From contig CAVVUN010000012.1 in assembly GCA_963751455.1 (NCBI GenBank), positions 160,001 through 224,000 on the forward strand: 64,000 nucleotides of DNA, given 5' to 3'. Numbering within the stretch: the stretch's first letter is position 1; the number at the start of each line of letters is the position of its first letter. A program made the position numbers and the translations under genes. The notes below the pieces were generated by a model. The model ran no database searches. It had not been told where the DNA came from and was given only the letters and a program-made list of their open reading frames with translations. Shown here piece after piece: positions 1-10,835 of this stretch. Source of the DNA: Nitrospirota bacterium. GTDB lineage: Bacteria; Nitrospirota; UBA9217.

Positions 1-2665
1 ATCCCGCCCGGTAGTCGCCGAAGTGGGGCCCGAGAACCATGCCGAGCCTGACGTAGCCGAAGCACGATCCGTCGCTGTTGCCGTGCTCGAGGCTGAGGTT
101 CACCATGCGACCGGCGATGAGACAAAACAGGCGGTAATCGGTGAACAAGGCTGGCGAACTGGCCCACGTGAGGACGTCCAGCGTCGCTCCCCATTCCGGC
201 TCGGGCATCGGGGGCAAATCGATGAGTTCCTCGATCGGGCGGCTCCCGAGCTGTCTCCACATGCGCTCGTATTCCCGGCGTACCTCTTCCGCAGTCGGGT
301 GCGGCGACCAGTTGATGCCGAGGCGCCGGAGGTATTCGAGGCACGCCGAAACGCCGCGGTCGCTCCGATCCATAGTGGTGTAGAGAGCCACCTGCGCGCA
401 GGCTACGGCAGCCGCGTCGATGATGTTCCCGGCACGGCGCGTGAGCATCGTGAGCCGATTCTCCGCCGCCATAAGCTCTCCGGTCAGGTACTCGCATTCG
501 GCCCGGTGAAGCTCGAGCGAGAAAATGAGGTCGTACCGCCGGTCCCAACTGTCCTCCGCAAGCAACGCTCTGCCCGCGGTGAGATACTGCAGCGCAGAGG
601 CATAGGCCGTCGACGCCTTGGCGCGCTTGGCGGCGACAAGGTTAAGCTCGGCCACCCGCTCTCGCTCCTCCCCCGACGTGATCAGCGCCATCCCGTGGTT
701 GAGCTGGTTCACGACGTCGAAGATATGCTCCTCGATTGCCTCTTTTGACAGTTGAGACACCATGAGCCGCCCGATCCGGAGGTGCAGCCCCGCCCGATCC
801 TTTTCAGGCACGAGCGAATAGGCCGCCTCTTGAACCCGGTCATGCAGAAACATATGGATACCATTGAGGCGCACAAGCAAACCTTCCTTGACCGCCTCGC
901 CAAGGGACTCCCGGGTCTCCTCGTCCGGCATCCTGCTGATAATGGTGAGGGTGCGAAGATCGAACGTGTTGCCGATGCAGGCTGCAAGTCGCATCTCCTG
1001 CAGAGTTCTCTCTGAGAGCCTTTTCAGTTTTCCGACCATAAGATCAACCACATTGTCTGCGTAGCCCTTGTCGCGGATACGGAAGATGTCCCATTTCCAG
1101 CCATGTTCCGTGGTGTCGAATTCCACCAGCCCTTCATCATAAAGTGTTTTCAAAAACTGAATCACGAAAAAAGGATTGCCCGCTGTCTTTTCATAAACCA
1201 GCTTCGTCAGCGGTTCAACCCGTTGTTTATCGGAGCGAAAGGCGTCGGTCAGGAGATTACTCAGGTCATCCATTGACAAAGGAGAAAGAGTGACGGATCT
1301 CACAATCGTCCCGCTTTTGCGGATATCGTCCAGGGACGAGATCAAGGGATGCGAGGAACTCACCTCGTTATCCCGAAAGGCTCCGATCTGAAGTAAATAT
1401 CTTGACTCCGGATGGGTGATGATATATTCGAGGAGTTTAAGGCTGGCTGAGTCTACCCATTGAAGGTCATCGAGAAAGATGACAAGAGGATGTTCCTTCC
1501 TCGCAAACACATCGACGAATTGCCGGAAGAACATGTTGAACCGGTTCTGCGCTTCAGACAGCGGAAGTTCAGGAACAGGCTGCTGTTTGCCGATGATCAG
1601 CTCGACTTCCGGAATAACATCAACGATAAGCTGACCGTTCATGCCGACAGATTCCTGAATCCGTTGCTTCCAGCCGGCAATCCGTTCCTCGCTCTCGGTC
1701 AAAATATGACGGATCAGTTCGCGGAAAGCTTCGGCAAGCGTTGAGTAAGGAATATTGCGTTTGAATTGATCGAATTTGCCGGAGATAAAAAAGCCGCGCT
1801 CACGGACAACTGGCTTGTACAATTCCCGGATGAGCGAGGTCTTGCCGATGCCGGCATAGCCGGCAACCATTATCAATTCGGGCGTCCCCCGCTCGACTAC
1901 GCGGTTGAATGCGTTCATGAGCGTTTCGATGTCCCTTTCACGGCCATAGAGCTTCTGGGGGATCAGCAGTCGGTCTGATATGTCCTCTTCTCCCAGGGGG
2001 AATGGTCGGATCTTTTTCGTGGCTTCCCATTGTTCGAGGCATTTATCGAGGTCGGCTTTCAGGCCCGAAGCCGTCTGGTAGCGTTCTTCAGCGTTCTTGG
2101 CGAGGAGCTTCATTACGATAGCGGAGAGCATGGAGGGAACTTCCGGAAGGACGTCCCCTGGCGGCCGTGGAGAGCAGGCGATGTGGCAATACACCCATCC
2201 TAAAACATCTTCGGCCTGGAACGGCAATTTCCCGGCGAGCATCTCATAAAATAAAACGCCGAGCGAATACAAGTCAGTGCGATGGTCGACAGGACGATTC
2301 ATGCGGCCCGTCTGCTCGGGGGAGATGTATTCCGGCGCTCCCCCGCTCACCCCACCCTCTCCCCTCTGGGGGAAGTGAAGGTTCGTATAGGAAGGGACAA
2401 AGTGTGAGGGGCCGACCTGAGAGGCTGCTGAGAAGCCGGTGATCGTGACGTCGCCGTTTTGCGGATTGATGAGGATAGTACGGGGATTGAGATTATAATG
2501 GATGATATTCTGCTTGTGCAGCTCTGCCACCGCAGCGGTACTCTTTATTGCAAAATGCAGGAATTGTCCCGGTTCCATGGGCGCGCCGGGGAGGGTATCG
2601 AGCGACTGCCGCGTGATGTCTCCCATCCCGCTTGTTTCACTGTTATTGTTACCGACGTCCTTCAT
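1..2665 (-). CDS. Ser/Thr kinase-like + AAA ATPase multi-sensor protein, N-terminal part; runs off the left edge of the window
   Basis: Manual translation from ATG 2665 (RBS GGAGGG). Motifs EYISPEQTGRMN, Walker A GYAGIGKTS and VLGPHFGDYRAG are in the same frame. Absent from the ORF track because the stop lies outside the window. Confidence 0.85.
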   Translation of the reverse strand, partial: MKDVGNNNSETSGMGDITRQSLDTLPGAPMEPGQFLHFAIKSTAAVAELHKQNIIHYNLNPRTILINPQNGDVTITGFSAASQVGPSHFVPSYTNLHFPQRGEGGVSGGAPEYISPEQTGRMNRPVDHRTDLYSLGVLFYEMLAGKLPFQAEDVLGWVYCHIACSPRPPGDVLPEVPSMLSAIVMKLLAKNAEERYQTASGLKADLDKCLEQWEATKKIRPFPLGEEDISDRLLIPQKLYGRERDIETLMNAFNRVVERGTPELIMVAGYAGIGKTSLIRELYKPVVRERGFFISGKFDQFKRNIPYSTLAEAFRELIRHILTESEERIAGWKQRIQESVGMNGQLIVDVIPEVELIIGKQQPVPELPLSEAQNRFNMFFRQFVDVFARKEHPLVIFLDDLQWVDSASLKLLEYIITHPESRYLLQIGAFRDNEVSSSHPLISSLDDIRKSGTIVRSVTLSPLSMDDLSNLLTDAFRSDKQRVEPLTKLVYEKTAGNPFFVIQFLKTLYDEGLVEFDTTEHGWKWDIFRIRDKGYADNVVDLMVGKLKRLSERTLQEMRLAACIGNTFDLRTLTIISRMPDEETRESLGEAVKEGLLVRLNGIHMFLHDRVQEAAYSLVPEKDRAGLHLRIGRLMVSQLSKEAIEEHIFDVVNQLNHGMALITSGEERERVAELNLVAAKRAKASTAYASALQYLTAGRALLAEDSWDRRYDLIFSLELHRAECEYLTGELMAAENRLTMLTRRAGNIIDAAAVACAQVALYTTMDRSDRGVSACLEYLRRLGINWSPHPTAEEVRREYERMWRQLGSRPIEELIDLPPMPEPEWGATLDVLTWASSPALFTDYRLFCLIAGRMVNLSLEHGNSDGSCFGYVRLGMVLGPHFGDYRAG

Positions 2666-2842
2666 GTCCCTCCATTCTAAGTTTCAGAGAGTCACGAGAA
2701 ACTTCTTTAAAATCTTTGTCCTCCGTATACGGTATTATACCTCTTGAACGCTTGAAACTGCATTACATGGCAAGCGTCTGCGACGGAGGACGATTACCCC
2801 TGGCAGCGGATCAAAAGCGGTGAACGGAAAAACAGCTGGATG

Positions 2843-3026
2843 TAGCGTCTCTTAAATAGATGGTGTTATAAGATAGAGCGACAAATCGCCCCTTATCTCG
2901 TCATTCCGGCTTGTCCGGAATCTTTCCACCCATTCAGAAGGATTCCCGACGCGCTTCGCTTGCGGGAATGACCGTCTTGGGAAAGTGACTATGGCCGCAA
3001 TAACACCATTCGTTTGTGAGACACTA
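2843..3026. mobile_element. MITE-like element 1 with internal GTCATTCC-type REP palindrome
   Basis: Imperfect terminal IR TAGCGTCTCTTAAATAGATGGTGTTAT / ATAACACCATTCGTTTGTGAGACACTA. Internal CGTCATTCCGG...GGGAATGAC. Confidence 0.7.
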
Positions 3027-3028
3027 CA

Positions 3029-3288
3029 CTAGTACACCGTAAACTTGGTTCTTACCTCGTCATTCCGGCACGGTTTAAGCCGGAATCCAGGGAAATTTTT
3101 CTTTTACAGTAACTACTCATGTTTTTCTCGCACGAAGCCACAAAGGCACGAAGAAAACTTTAATTTCCGGGTTTGAACCAAAAGACGGATTACCTTTTAA
3201 AATCATACTGGACCCCGGCTAAAATCATGCCGGGGTGACGTGAGAAAGAGGTGCAATACAATCAAGAACTAGTTTTACAGTGCACTAG
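3029..3288. mobile_element. MITE-like element 2 with internal REP palindrome
   Basis: Terminal IR CTAGTACACCGTAAACTTGGTTCTT / AAGAACTAGTTTTACAGTGCACTAG. Internal CGTCATTCCGGC...GCCGGGGTGACG. Confidence 0.7.
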
Positions 3289-3432
3289 CAGGCTGTTAAA
3301 AAAGTCTTTTAGCCGTCTTTGCGAGCGTAGCGAAGCAATCTCGCAGTTAATAAATCAATAAGTTCGAGATTGCCGCGTCGCGAAAAGCGCTCCTCGCAAT
3401 GACGTAACCGGTGTTTTTCAACAGCCTGCTAG
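3285..3432. mobile_element. MITE-like element 3 with internal GCAATC-type REP palindrome
   Basis: Terminal IR CTAGCAGGCTGTTAAAAAA / TTTTTCAACAGCCTGCTAG. Internal GTCTTTGCGAG..GCAATCTC..GAGATTGC..CTCGCAATGAC. Confidence 0.75.
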
Positions 3433-6236
3433 ACGAGCAATTTTTCAAATTCCCCGGCCGGAAGAGGTTCGCTGAAAAGGTAGCCCTGCATTTCATCACA
3501 GTCTCTTGAATCCAAAAACGACATCTGATCTTCCGTTTCCACTCCCTCCGCCACCACTTTCAGCTTCAGGATGTGCGCCATCGCGATTATTGCATTGATG
3601 ATCGCCTGATAATCACGGTCCTTGGTCGAATAGGCGATGAAAGACTGGTCGATCTTCAGCTTGTGAATAGGGAGTTTTTTCAAGTAGCTCAATGAAGAAT
3701 AACCCGTCCCGAAGTCATCGATGAAAAAGTGGACTCCCAATGCGTTCAACCTGTTCACGTTGCCGGCGGTGAGCTCCGTATCCTGCATCGCGATTGTCTC
3801 GGTAATCTCGATGCCGAGACATTCCGGACGCAGGTTCGTCTCCTTCAATATATCCGAAATCATTTCAGCCAGGCGCGGCTGCTGAAACTGACGGGCTGAA
3901 AGATTGGTCGTTATATATTGCGGCGCATGTCCGGCCGCCTCCCATGCCTTGAGCTGTTCGCACGCGGTTCGCAGCACCCACTGGTCTATCTGGATTATCA
4001 ATCCGATTTCTTCCGCAAGGGGGACAAACTGCATCGGGCTGAGAAGTCCCATTTCCGGATGGTTCCAGCGGACCAGCGCCTCCACGCCGGTCAGCTTCCG
4101 CGTCTTTATGTTCTGCTGCGGCTGATAATATACGACAAGCTCGCCTCGCTCAACGGCCTGGCGAAGCCTGTTCTCGAACCGTATCCGATCGAGCGTCCTG
4201 ATGTTCAAAGCGACGTTGAAGAACTGGTGATTATCTCTTCCCTGGTCCTTTGCGTAATGCAGCGCAATATCCGCGTTCTTGATCAGGGCCTCCGCGCTTT
4301 CACCGTCATCCGGGTAAAGGCTGATTCCGACGCTGGCAGTCAAGCGGAGCTCATGGTGATTAATACGGAAAGGCTTTTTAACGGCTTCCATCAGTTTTTC
4401 CGATATTCTGGAAGCATCTTGAGGATTGACAAGGAGGGGCAGCAGTATAAGGAATTCGTCGCCTCCGATCCGGGCGATTGTATCGAATTCCCGCACACAG
4501 CTCTTCAAACGGACTGCGACATCCTGTATCAGCTTATCGCCTGCCGCATGTCCGAGCGAATCATTGACGTTCTTGAACTGGTCGATATCCAGGGACAGGA
4601 CTGCAAGCTTCTTCCGGACGCGCTGTGTCTGGAGTATTTCATGATTGAGAATATCCAGAAACCGGGCCTTGTTGGATAGACCGGTCAGGAGATCATGGTA
4701 TGCCTGGTATTTAATGGTCTCCTCCGCCTGTTTGCGTTCCGATATATCAAGTATCACCCCGTCGATATAGAGAGGTGCGCCGTCTGCGTCGCGCACCGGC
4801 CTCCCCCGCTCGACAAAATATTTGATGCCCCCCTGTTTGTGCTGGAGCCTGTATTCGACTTCGAAAGGTCTGTCGCTGTCGATCGCTCGTGTCACTTCGC
4901 CGGTCACCCTCTCCTTATCATCACGAAGAATAAAAGGATCGATGGAGCACACCTCGCCTTTTTCCAGTTCCCCGATCGAATAACCGGTCATCTGCTCAAC
5001 CATCTTGTTGAAAAACTGCATCCTGTTTTGTTCCCTCAGATATAGACGGTAGACTATCCCCGGCAGATTCTCTGCGAGTGTCCGGTATGACCCTACGCTC
5101 TCTCTCAGTTCCGCTGTGCGCTCGTCCACCCTCAGCTCAAGCTCATCACGCGCCCTCTCGAGTTTCCCGGTTGCGTACTCGACTTCTTCGGTAAGGCGCT
5201 GAAAGCTCTTATCGAGAATCTCGAGCTGGTCGCCCTTGCTGAACGCCGCGGAAAGACCGCCCAGCTTCTTTTCCGAGAAGTCCGCTATGCGTCTTGTAAG
5301 GCGCTGAACCCGGCGGGTAATCCCCGACATGACGGCCGAGAAGATAACGATGAACAGCAGCGTCAATCCGATCCTGTTCCTTCGCCCCGCGGCGAGGACC
5401 TCCGTGCCCAGGGCCTCATACTCTTTCTTCGATATAAGGGAGGCGAACTCGACAAGAAGGTCGGATGATCCGATATCGAAAAAAGATTTTCCCATAACAA
5501 GATAGTTGCGTTCCGCCTCGCTGAAGATCGTGCCGCCGGGAAGGACGTCGGGCCTGTTGCTTGCGATTACTTTCGCTTCGGACATAAGAACTACGATGCC
5601 CTTTGCCCCGGCAAACCCCTGTGAGTCGGCAAGAAAATCGTCATCCAGGGGGCTTGCAAACATGAGTATGGCCTTTATGCGCCTGCCCTCACCCCCTCCC
5701 TGTTCAAGAATCGGCCCTGCCGTGATGACGAATGGCGTGCCGTCGATACTGGTCATGAGGCTCTGGTTGGAGCTCAACGCCCTCAGGAGACTACCGGGTT
5801 TAAGAAGCGGCTGCGGGAGAGGTTTGGCAATACCCTGATAGACTTCCCGTACGTTTCCGTCTTCGTCCATGAGTATGGCGTAGGAGACGCGGACAAGCCG
5901 CCGCAGTACTGACGGAGCGGGCATCCAGGGGGGGAGCTCATTGTTATAATATTTCATCCTTTTTGCCGCTTTCAGGTCTCTGCCCGACAGGTAATCGGTA
6001 AAGCGTCTCTGCGATATGGTGACCTCCACCGCAGCATTGTAGGCATTGACGTAGTTGTCGAAGCGGACCCTGGCCTCCTGTGCCTGGACAGCCAGCTGCC
6101 TGTTTAGCTGGGCCTCAAAGATGCTCTGGAGTCTCTTGTTTTGAGTGTATTCGAGCAGTCCCCAGGAGAGAAGCGCCGCAGAAACGGTGAGCAGGATAAT
6201 CTTCGGGGTGAGAGGGATTCGCCTGAGAATAGTCAT
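3429..6236 (-). CDS. Membrane-bound PAS-GGDEF-EAL diguanylate cyclase/phosphodiesterase
   Basis: Two TM segments around a periplasmic domain, PAS/PAC, then GGDEF, EALVRW and DDFGTGYSSL motifs. Confidence 0.92.
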   Translation of the reverse strand: MTILRRIPLTPKIILLTVSAALLSWGLLEYTQNKRLQSIFEAQLNRQLAVQAQEARVRFDNYVNAYNAAVEVTISQRRFTDYLSGRDLKAAKRMKYYNNELPPWMPAPSVLRRLVRVSYAILMDEDGNVREVYQGIAKPLPQPLLKPGSLLRALSSNQSLMTSIDGTPFVITAGPILEQGGGEGRRIKAILMFASPLDDDFLADSQGFAGAKGIVVLMSEAKVIASNRPDVLPGGTIFSEAERNYLVMGKSFFDIGSSDLLVEFASLISKKEYEALGTEVLAAGRRNRIGLTLLFIVIFSAVMSGITRRVQRLTRRIADFSEKKLGGLSAAFSKGDQLEILDKSFQRLTEEVEYATGKLERARDELELRVDERTAELRESVGSYRTLAENLPGIVYRLYLREQNRMQFFNKMVEQMTGYSIGELEKGEVCSIDPFILRDDKERVTGEVTRAIDSDRPFEVEYRLQHKQGGIKYFVERGRPVRDADGAPLYIDGVILDISERKQAEETIKYQAYHDLLTGLSNKARFLDILNHEILQTQRVRKKLAVLSLDIDQFKNVNDSLGHAAGDKLIQDVAVRLKSCVREFDTIARIGGDEFLILLPLLVNPQDASRISEKLMEAVKKPFRINHHELRLTASVGISLYPDDGESAEALIKNADIALHYAKDQGRDNHQFFNVALNIRTLDRIRFENRLRQAVERGELVVYYQPQQNIKTRKLTGVEALVRWNHPEMGLLSPMQFVPLAEEIGLIIQIDQWVLRTACEQLKAWEAAGHAPQYITTNLSARQFQQPRLAEMISDILKETNLRPECLGIEITETIAMQDTELTAGNVNRLNALGVHFFIDDFGTGYSSLSYLKKLPIHKLKIDQSFIAYSTKDRDYQAIINAIIAMAHILKLKVVAEGVETEDQMSFLDSRDCDEMQGYLFSEPLPAGEFEKLLV

Positions 6237-7240
6237 CGATCCGGCTCCCCGACCAGTTCGTTTCCCTTGAACTTCCAGCCGGCCTTCCTGAGTTTCGATG
6301 CAGGCGCAATCCCTGATTTAACCGGATCGATGCCCTCGACGGCCCTGAGCAGGTACTCCACGAGGGCCTTCGCCTTTTCGTTTTCAACACCCTTGCCCTC
6401 CCACGTCGTTATATTGTACGTGCGGTAGAATGGGTATTTTTTCGCAGCCAGCGCTTCCCCATCGCCCGGAGAATGACCGTCTATCCTCAACGGCTTAACT
6501 GCGCCCATGTTCCGGTAATGCTCGACCATGCCTAACGTTTCCCAGCCTATCGCCCCCTTGTTTGTTGCGACTGCGGCTATCATATCGGGCATGGAGCCTA
6601 CTTCGTACAGTCTCGGGCTGAAAAGGTCTTCATTTTCAAGAAGACCTCGCCAATGGCCTGGTCTCAGGGGACAGTGAAACCTTGCTACGGGTTTAATTGT
6701 CAGAGAAGGTCCCTTTCCGTTGTCCGTTGTTTTCAACTCGGACCAATTGTGTATCTTGCCGCGAAATATATCCCGCAACTCCCCGGAGGAAACGTTGTCC
6801 ACGTGGTTTTCAGGATGTACCAGAAATGCCTTGGCTACAATGCCAAGCGTATGAAATTTCAGCCCCGGCAGTCTATCCTCCTTTCCCGGAGGGCAGCAGA
6901 AGCCGCCTACATCGACTGCCTTTCGGCTCAGCATTCCGGCCGATATGCCGCAGGTCCCTTCCTTTACGGCCACCCTGATTCCCTTTTCCTTTCCGAATTT
7001 TTCGATCAGCGGCAGGATCATACGGTATACGTCCTGCTCAAGGGTAACAGCTATGTCCGCCTTCCCTGCCCATTCCTCGTACCGTATCTGCTTCGCTTTC
7101 CAGTCGGCTGGCATTTTGAATATTGAAGAAGGGTCAGTAAACGAAGGTCCGGTTAAGGGATCGACGTCTTGCGCCTGAACAAGAGTGCCTAGGAAAATGG
7201 TACTCAAAATGAGGAGCTGTCTGACACTGTGCATTTTCAT
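6233..7240 (-). CDS. Periplasmic substrate-binding protein (PstS-like PBP fold)
   Basis: Signal peptide; LRDIFRGKIHNWSEL and KYPFYR motifs typical of the PBP_like_2 family; ATGA overlap with the downstream gene. Confidence 0.75.
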   Translation of the reverse strand: MKMHSVRQLLILSTIFLGTLVQAQDVDPLTGPSFTDPSSIFKMPADWKAKQIRYEEWAGKADIAVTLEQDVYRMILPLIEKFGKEKGIRVAVKEGTCGISAGMLSRKAVDVGGFCCPPGKEDRLPGLKFHTLGIVAKAFLVHPENHVDNVSSGELRDIFRGKIHNWSELKTTDNGKGPSLTIKPVARFHCPLRPGHWRGLLENEDLFSPRLYEVGSMPDMIAAVATNKGAIGWETLGMVEHYRNMGAVKPLRIDGHSPGDGEALAAKKYPFYRTYNITTWEGKGVENEKAKALVEYLLRAVEGIDPVKSGIAPASKLRKAGWKFKGNELVGEPDR

Positions 7241-7525
7241 TTCTCTCCCTCATGACCCGGAAACAGACAGGGCCAAAAAGAAAACCATCAGTCGATCAGC
7301 AGTGCGTATTATCATATCCTTACTCGATAAGACCTATAAAACAAAGCTGATCCTGATTTTACCCAAGGCTCACTAATTTTATTTTATCACCAAAAAAGGA
7401 GAAAGAAACGCAGGTGGAATTGTTCCGGCAAATTGTCAAAAAAACGAAGCCGGGCATAAAACGATACCATGTGATAAAGACAGCCTGAGAAGAAAAAAAC
7501 GGCGGGTAACAGAGCCACTCGACAA

Positions 7526-9650
7526 TCAGCCAAGAGTAACTTCTTTTGCTTCACTATCCAGAATGTGCCTCACCGTAGAAAGAAGCGATGATGGTTGAAA
7601 CGGTTTCTGCAGGAATCCATCTATGTCTCTGATCTCTGCTTTTTCGGCAACATAGTTCGTGTAGCCGGATACGGCCAGGATCTTGGTTTTCGGGCGGATG
7701 GTCTTGATTTGTTTGATGAGCTCCCTGCCGTCAAGATTCGGCATGACGATGTCGGTGATAACCAGCGCTACCTGATGTTCCCGGAACAGTTCCAGGGATT
7801 CCTTTCCATCCCTGGCCGTAATCGCCTTGTAGCCCTGGTGTGCGAGGATGTCCTGCATCGCATACAGCATGTCCTCTTCATCATCGACGACCAGGAGCGT
7901 TTCGTCCCCCCTGAGGTTCGCCGTGACTTTTTCCGCTCTTTTTTCAGCGTCCATAACCGGCAGATAAACGGTAAAGACGCTTCCCTTGCCGACCGTGCTC
8001 TGCAGGTCGATGTATCCTTTGTGTTTCTTGACCGCACCGTATACCATCGAGAGGCCCAGCCCTGTTCCCTTCCCTCGTGGCTTGGTCGTGAAGAAGGGTT
8101 CGAAAATAGCGCTCTTGAGGTGGTCCGGGATTCCCTCGCCGGTATCCGTTACGCTGAGTAATACATAAGGCCCCGGCGGAATAAAAGACGGCGTACCGGG
8201 CGTCCCTTTCGCGATCTCCCGGTATGCGGTCTTGATCACGATGCTTCCTTCTTTCCCCGGCATGGCGTCACGCGCATTGACGACGATGTTCATGATGATC
8301 TGCTCGATCTGATTGATGTCGCCCTGGATGAGCGGAATATTGTTGTCGAGTTCAACGGACAGCCTGACCGTCTTGCCGACAACCCGCTCAAGCAGTTTCA
8401 CGGTGTCGTAAACCACTTCGTTCACGTAGAGCGGCAGGAACTCGTAGGTGCTTTTGCGGGCAAAGCCGAGAAGTTTCGAAATCATCTGCCCGGCCTTTAT
8501 GGCTGTATTCTCGATGACTGCCCAGACTGCGCACGCCCCGAGTGTCCAAGCCTTCGCTTGATTGGGCGATTGCCGTATTGCCGAGGATTATGTTCAGGGA
8601 ATTATTGAAATCGTGGGCAATGCCGCCGGCAAGAACGCCTATGGATTCCATTTTCTGCGACTGGAGCAGATGTTCCTGCAGCTGCTTTTTCTCGGAAATG
8701 TCCCGGCAAAAGGACTGTATATACAGCTCGTCGTCGATAACGATCGCTTTTGAACTGACCTCGACGGGGATACGGGAGCCGTCCTTCCTCAGGTGTTTTG
8801 TTTCAAAAACGACCGGCTTGCCGCCCAGTATCTGCCGAATTCTTGCGGTCAGAGCCTCGATGCTGACCTCCGATTCCAGCAGCCGGATGGAGACGCCTTC
8901 CAGTTCGTCCCTTGACCGGCCGTGCATTTCGCATGCTGTCCGGTTTGCGTTTACGATGATGCCGTTCCGGTCGAGGACAATGATGCCGTCGGTCGCGTTC
9001 TCGAAGAGCGAACGGTGCCAGAGCTCGCTCTTGTTCAGCGCTTTCATCGCCTGCTCGAGCTTCGCTTTGTCCTCGATAAGATCGTATTGAAGGCTCAGCT
9101 CGTTCATCATCACGCTTCTGGCTCAAGGTCCGCCAGGAGAGGGCAAGCATGAACGTACAGATCATGAAAATATTGTTGGCGATAAAAACATCGAGGGCGC
9201 GGTGATCGTATCGAAGAAGAAGATGGGGAGCAGATAGATCAGATAGATGGTGATGCCGACGGACAGGGAAAGGAGAAAACCGTACGGTATCAGGCCGAGG
9301 GCAGCAATGATGAGAAGGCACAGGCCGGCGTAGTACGGCGAGGAGTGCCCGCCGAACTGCAGGATCATCGTCTCGATGACCATGGCGGACAGGAGGGTGC
9401 ACACGGTGATAAGGGTGTACTGATAGCGGATGCTCCTTTTTGCCTTGTTCAGGTAGTATCCGCCGACAAGGACCAGTCGTGATGCCCGCCCGGTACAGCC
9501 ATGAAGCGCTTCAGGTTTTCCGGCGTCATGAAGTAATCGGCGATCCCGATAAAAGGAAAGAAGATGATGCCCGAGCAGGAGCATCTTGCTGATCCAGTAC
9601 TGGACGCGCAGGGAGATCTGCTCGTTCAGGTATTTTTCCTTCTCCACCAT
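7526..9650 (-). pseudogene. Multi-TM PAS hybrid histidine kinase (HisKA-HATPase-REC), split by several frameshifts
   Basis: Consecutive ORFs 9162-9686, 8803-9402, 8388-9113 and 7526-8485 give TM sensor (SSPYYAGL), PAS, SQKMESIGVLAGGIAHDFNN, GKGTGLGL and REC. The shifts may be sequencing indels. Confidence 0.8.
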
Positions 9651-10457
9651 GCGATCATTATACTCACCGATGAAAGAGGATGTCAAAAAAGCTCGGCCGG
9701 ACGTCCCTTTGAGGGGAGTACCCGGCCGAAAAATAATTCTAAGAAAAAGGTTTTAACTGCAGGCATGCATGCAATGCACGGCCGCTGATCATGGAATGTC
9801 TGGCAATTTTGAAGCTTTTCCAAAAACCGCGGGCAGCTCTGACGCGAAAGCCGTCGTCGAGCATGCCGCCATAGATCATGAAATAACGTAAATCTGGAAG
9901 CAGCACGGCCGAAGGGGAAGTGCTGCCGGAGCCGTCTGAGCCGCGCTAGATGCTTAAGTTCCAATTGGGCATGCAGAGACGGCCGAGTGCGGGGCGCCCA
10001 AAAAAAAACAAAGGATCCTGAACATCATGCCATGGAGTTCACGATCTTTTTCTTTTTTCTGCACCGCCGTTCGCAACGCCGCGCAGACATGACAGGCTAT
10101 CTTTCAGTTTTGCATAGTTATAAAGCTGTCCCTTGCGCTGAGCTTCGCACGCGCATGCACGATTTGTGGTTTGCGACTCTGCTACCGGTCATGTAAAGCG
10201 CGGACGACCTGCACCCAACGACTTCGAGTGCGCAGCGCGAGCGTAGGGCGTACTCACGGGATGCATCGGGGTATGGGAAAGACGAGCAACAAATAACAAG
10301 AAAAATTCTCTGGTTCACGATCCTTCCTCAACGGCGGTGCAGAAAAAGAAAAAGGATCTCGAACATCAGAGATGATCAAGGCGCTTACGCCTATAACATC
10401 GACAAAAGATTGTCGATCTTTAAAAAGAATTTAATGCAAAAACAGGATTATATTGCG

Positions 10458-10726
10458 CTCGCAAAGGAAGGCCAAATCGCCGGGTTTAAAACCAGACTTA
10501 AAGCTACTTTACGAACCAACATCTTGAGTTTTTAGTCGAGTCAAAACCAAAACCCAATTTTCACACAAAGCCACGAAGCCACAAAGAAGAAAACTGAATT
10601 TTTTGTCTTTCTCCGTGTCTTAGTGGCTTCGTGTGAGATCGTTTTAAGGTTTTACTTTTGCTTTATTGGTCTGAGGCGTAAGACCTCATAAAAGTTTTCT
10701 TTGCGTTCTTTGCGGCTTTGCGAGAG
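10458..10726. repeat. Nested imperfect inverted repeats (CGCAAAG/CACAAAG-type REP-like family)
   Basis: Outer CTCGCAAAG...CTTTGCGAG; inner TCACACAAAGCCACGAAGCCAC...GTGGCTTCGTGTGA. Confidence 0.6.
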
Positions 10727-10835
10727 ACGCCTTTGACTTTTTGTTGTTATTTCTGTCCCGAAGGGACCATGTCTGCCGGGCGAAGTCCCGGCCGACACAT
10801 AGACTCTTATTTCTTTAAATCTTACAGCTTCTGGT

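Noticed and set aside
23-2442. Plus-strand ORFs (241 aa and shorter)
   Set aside because: Antisense shadows of the minus-strand kinase-AAA gene.
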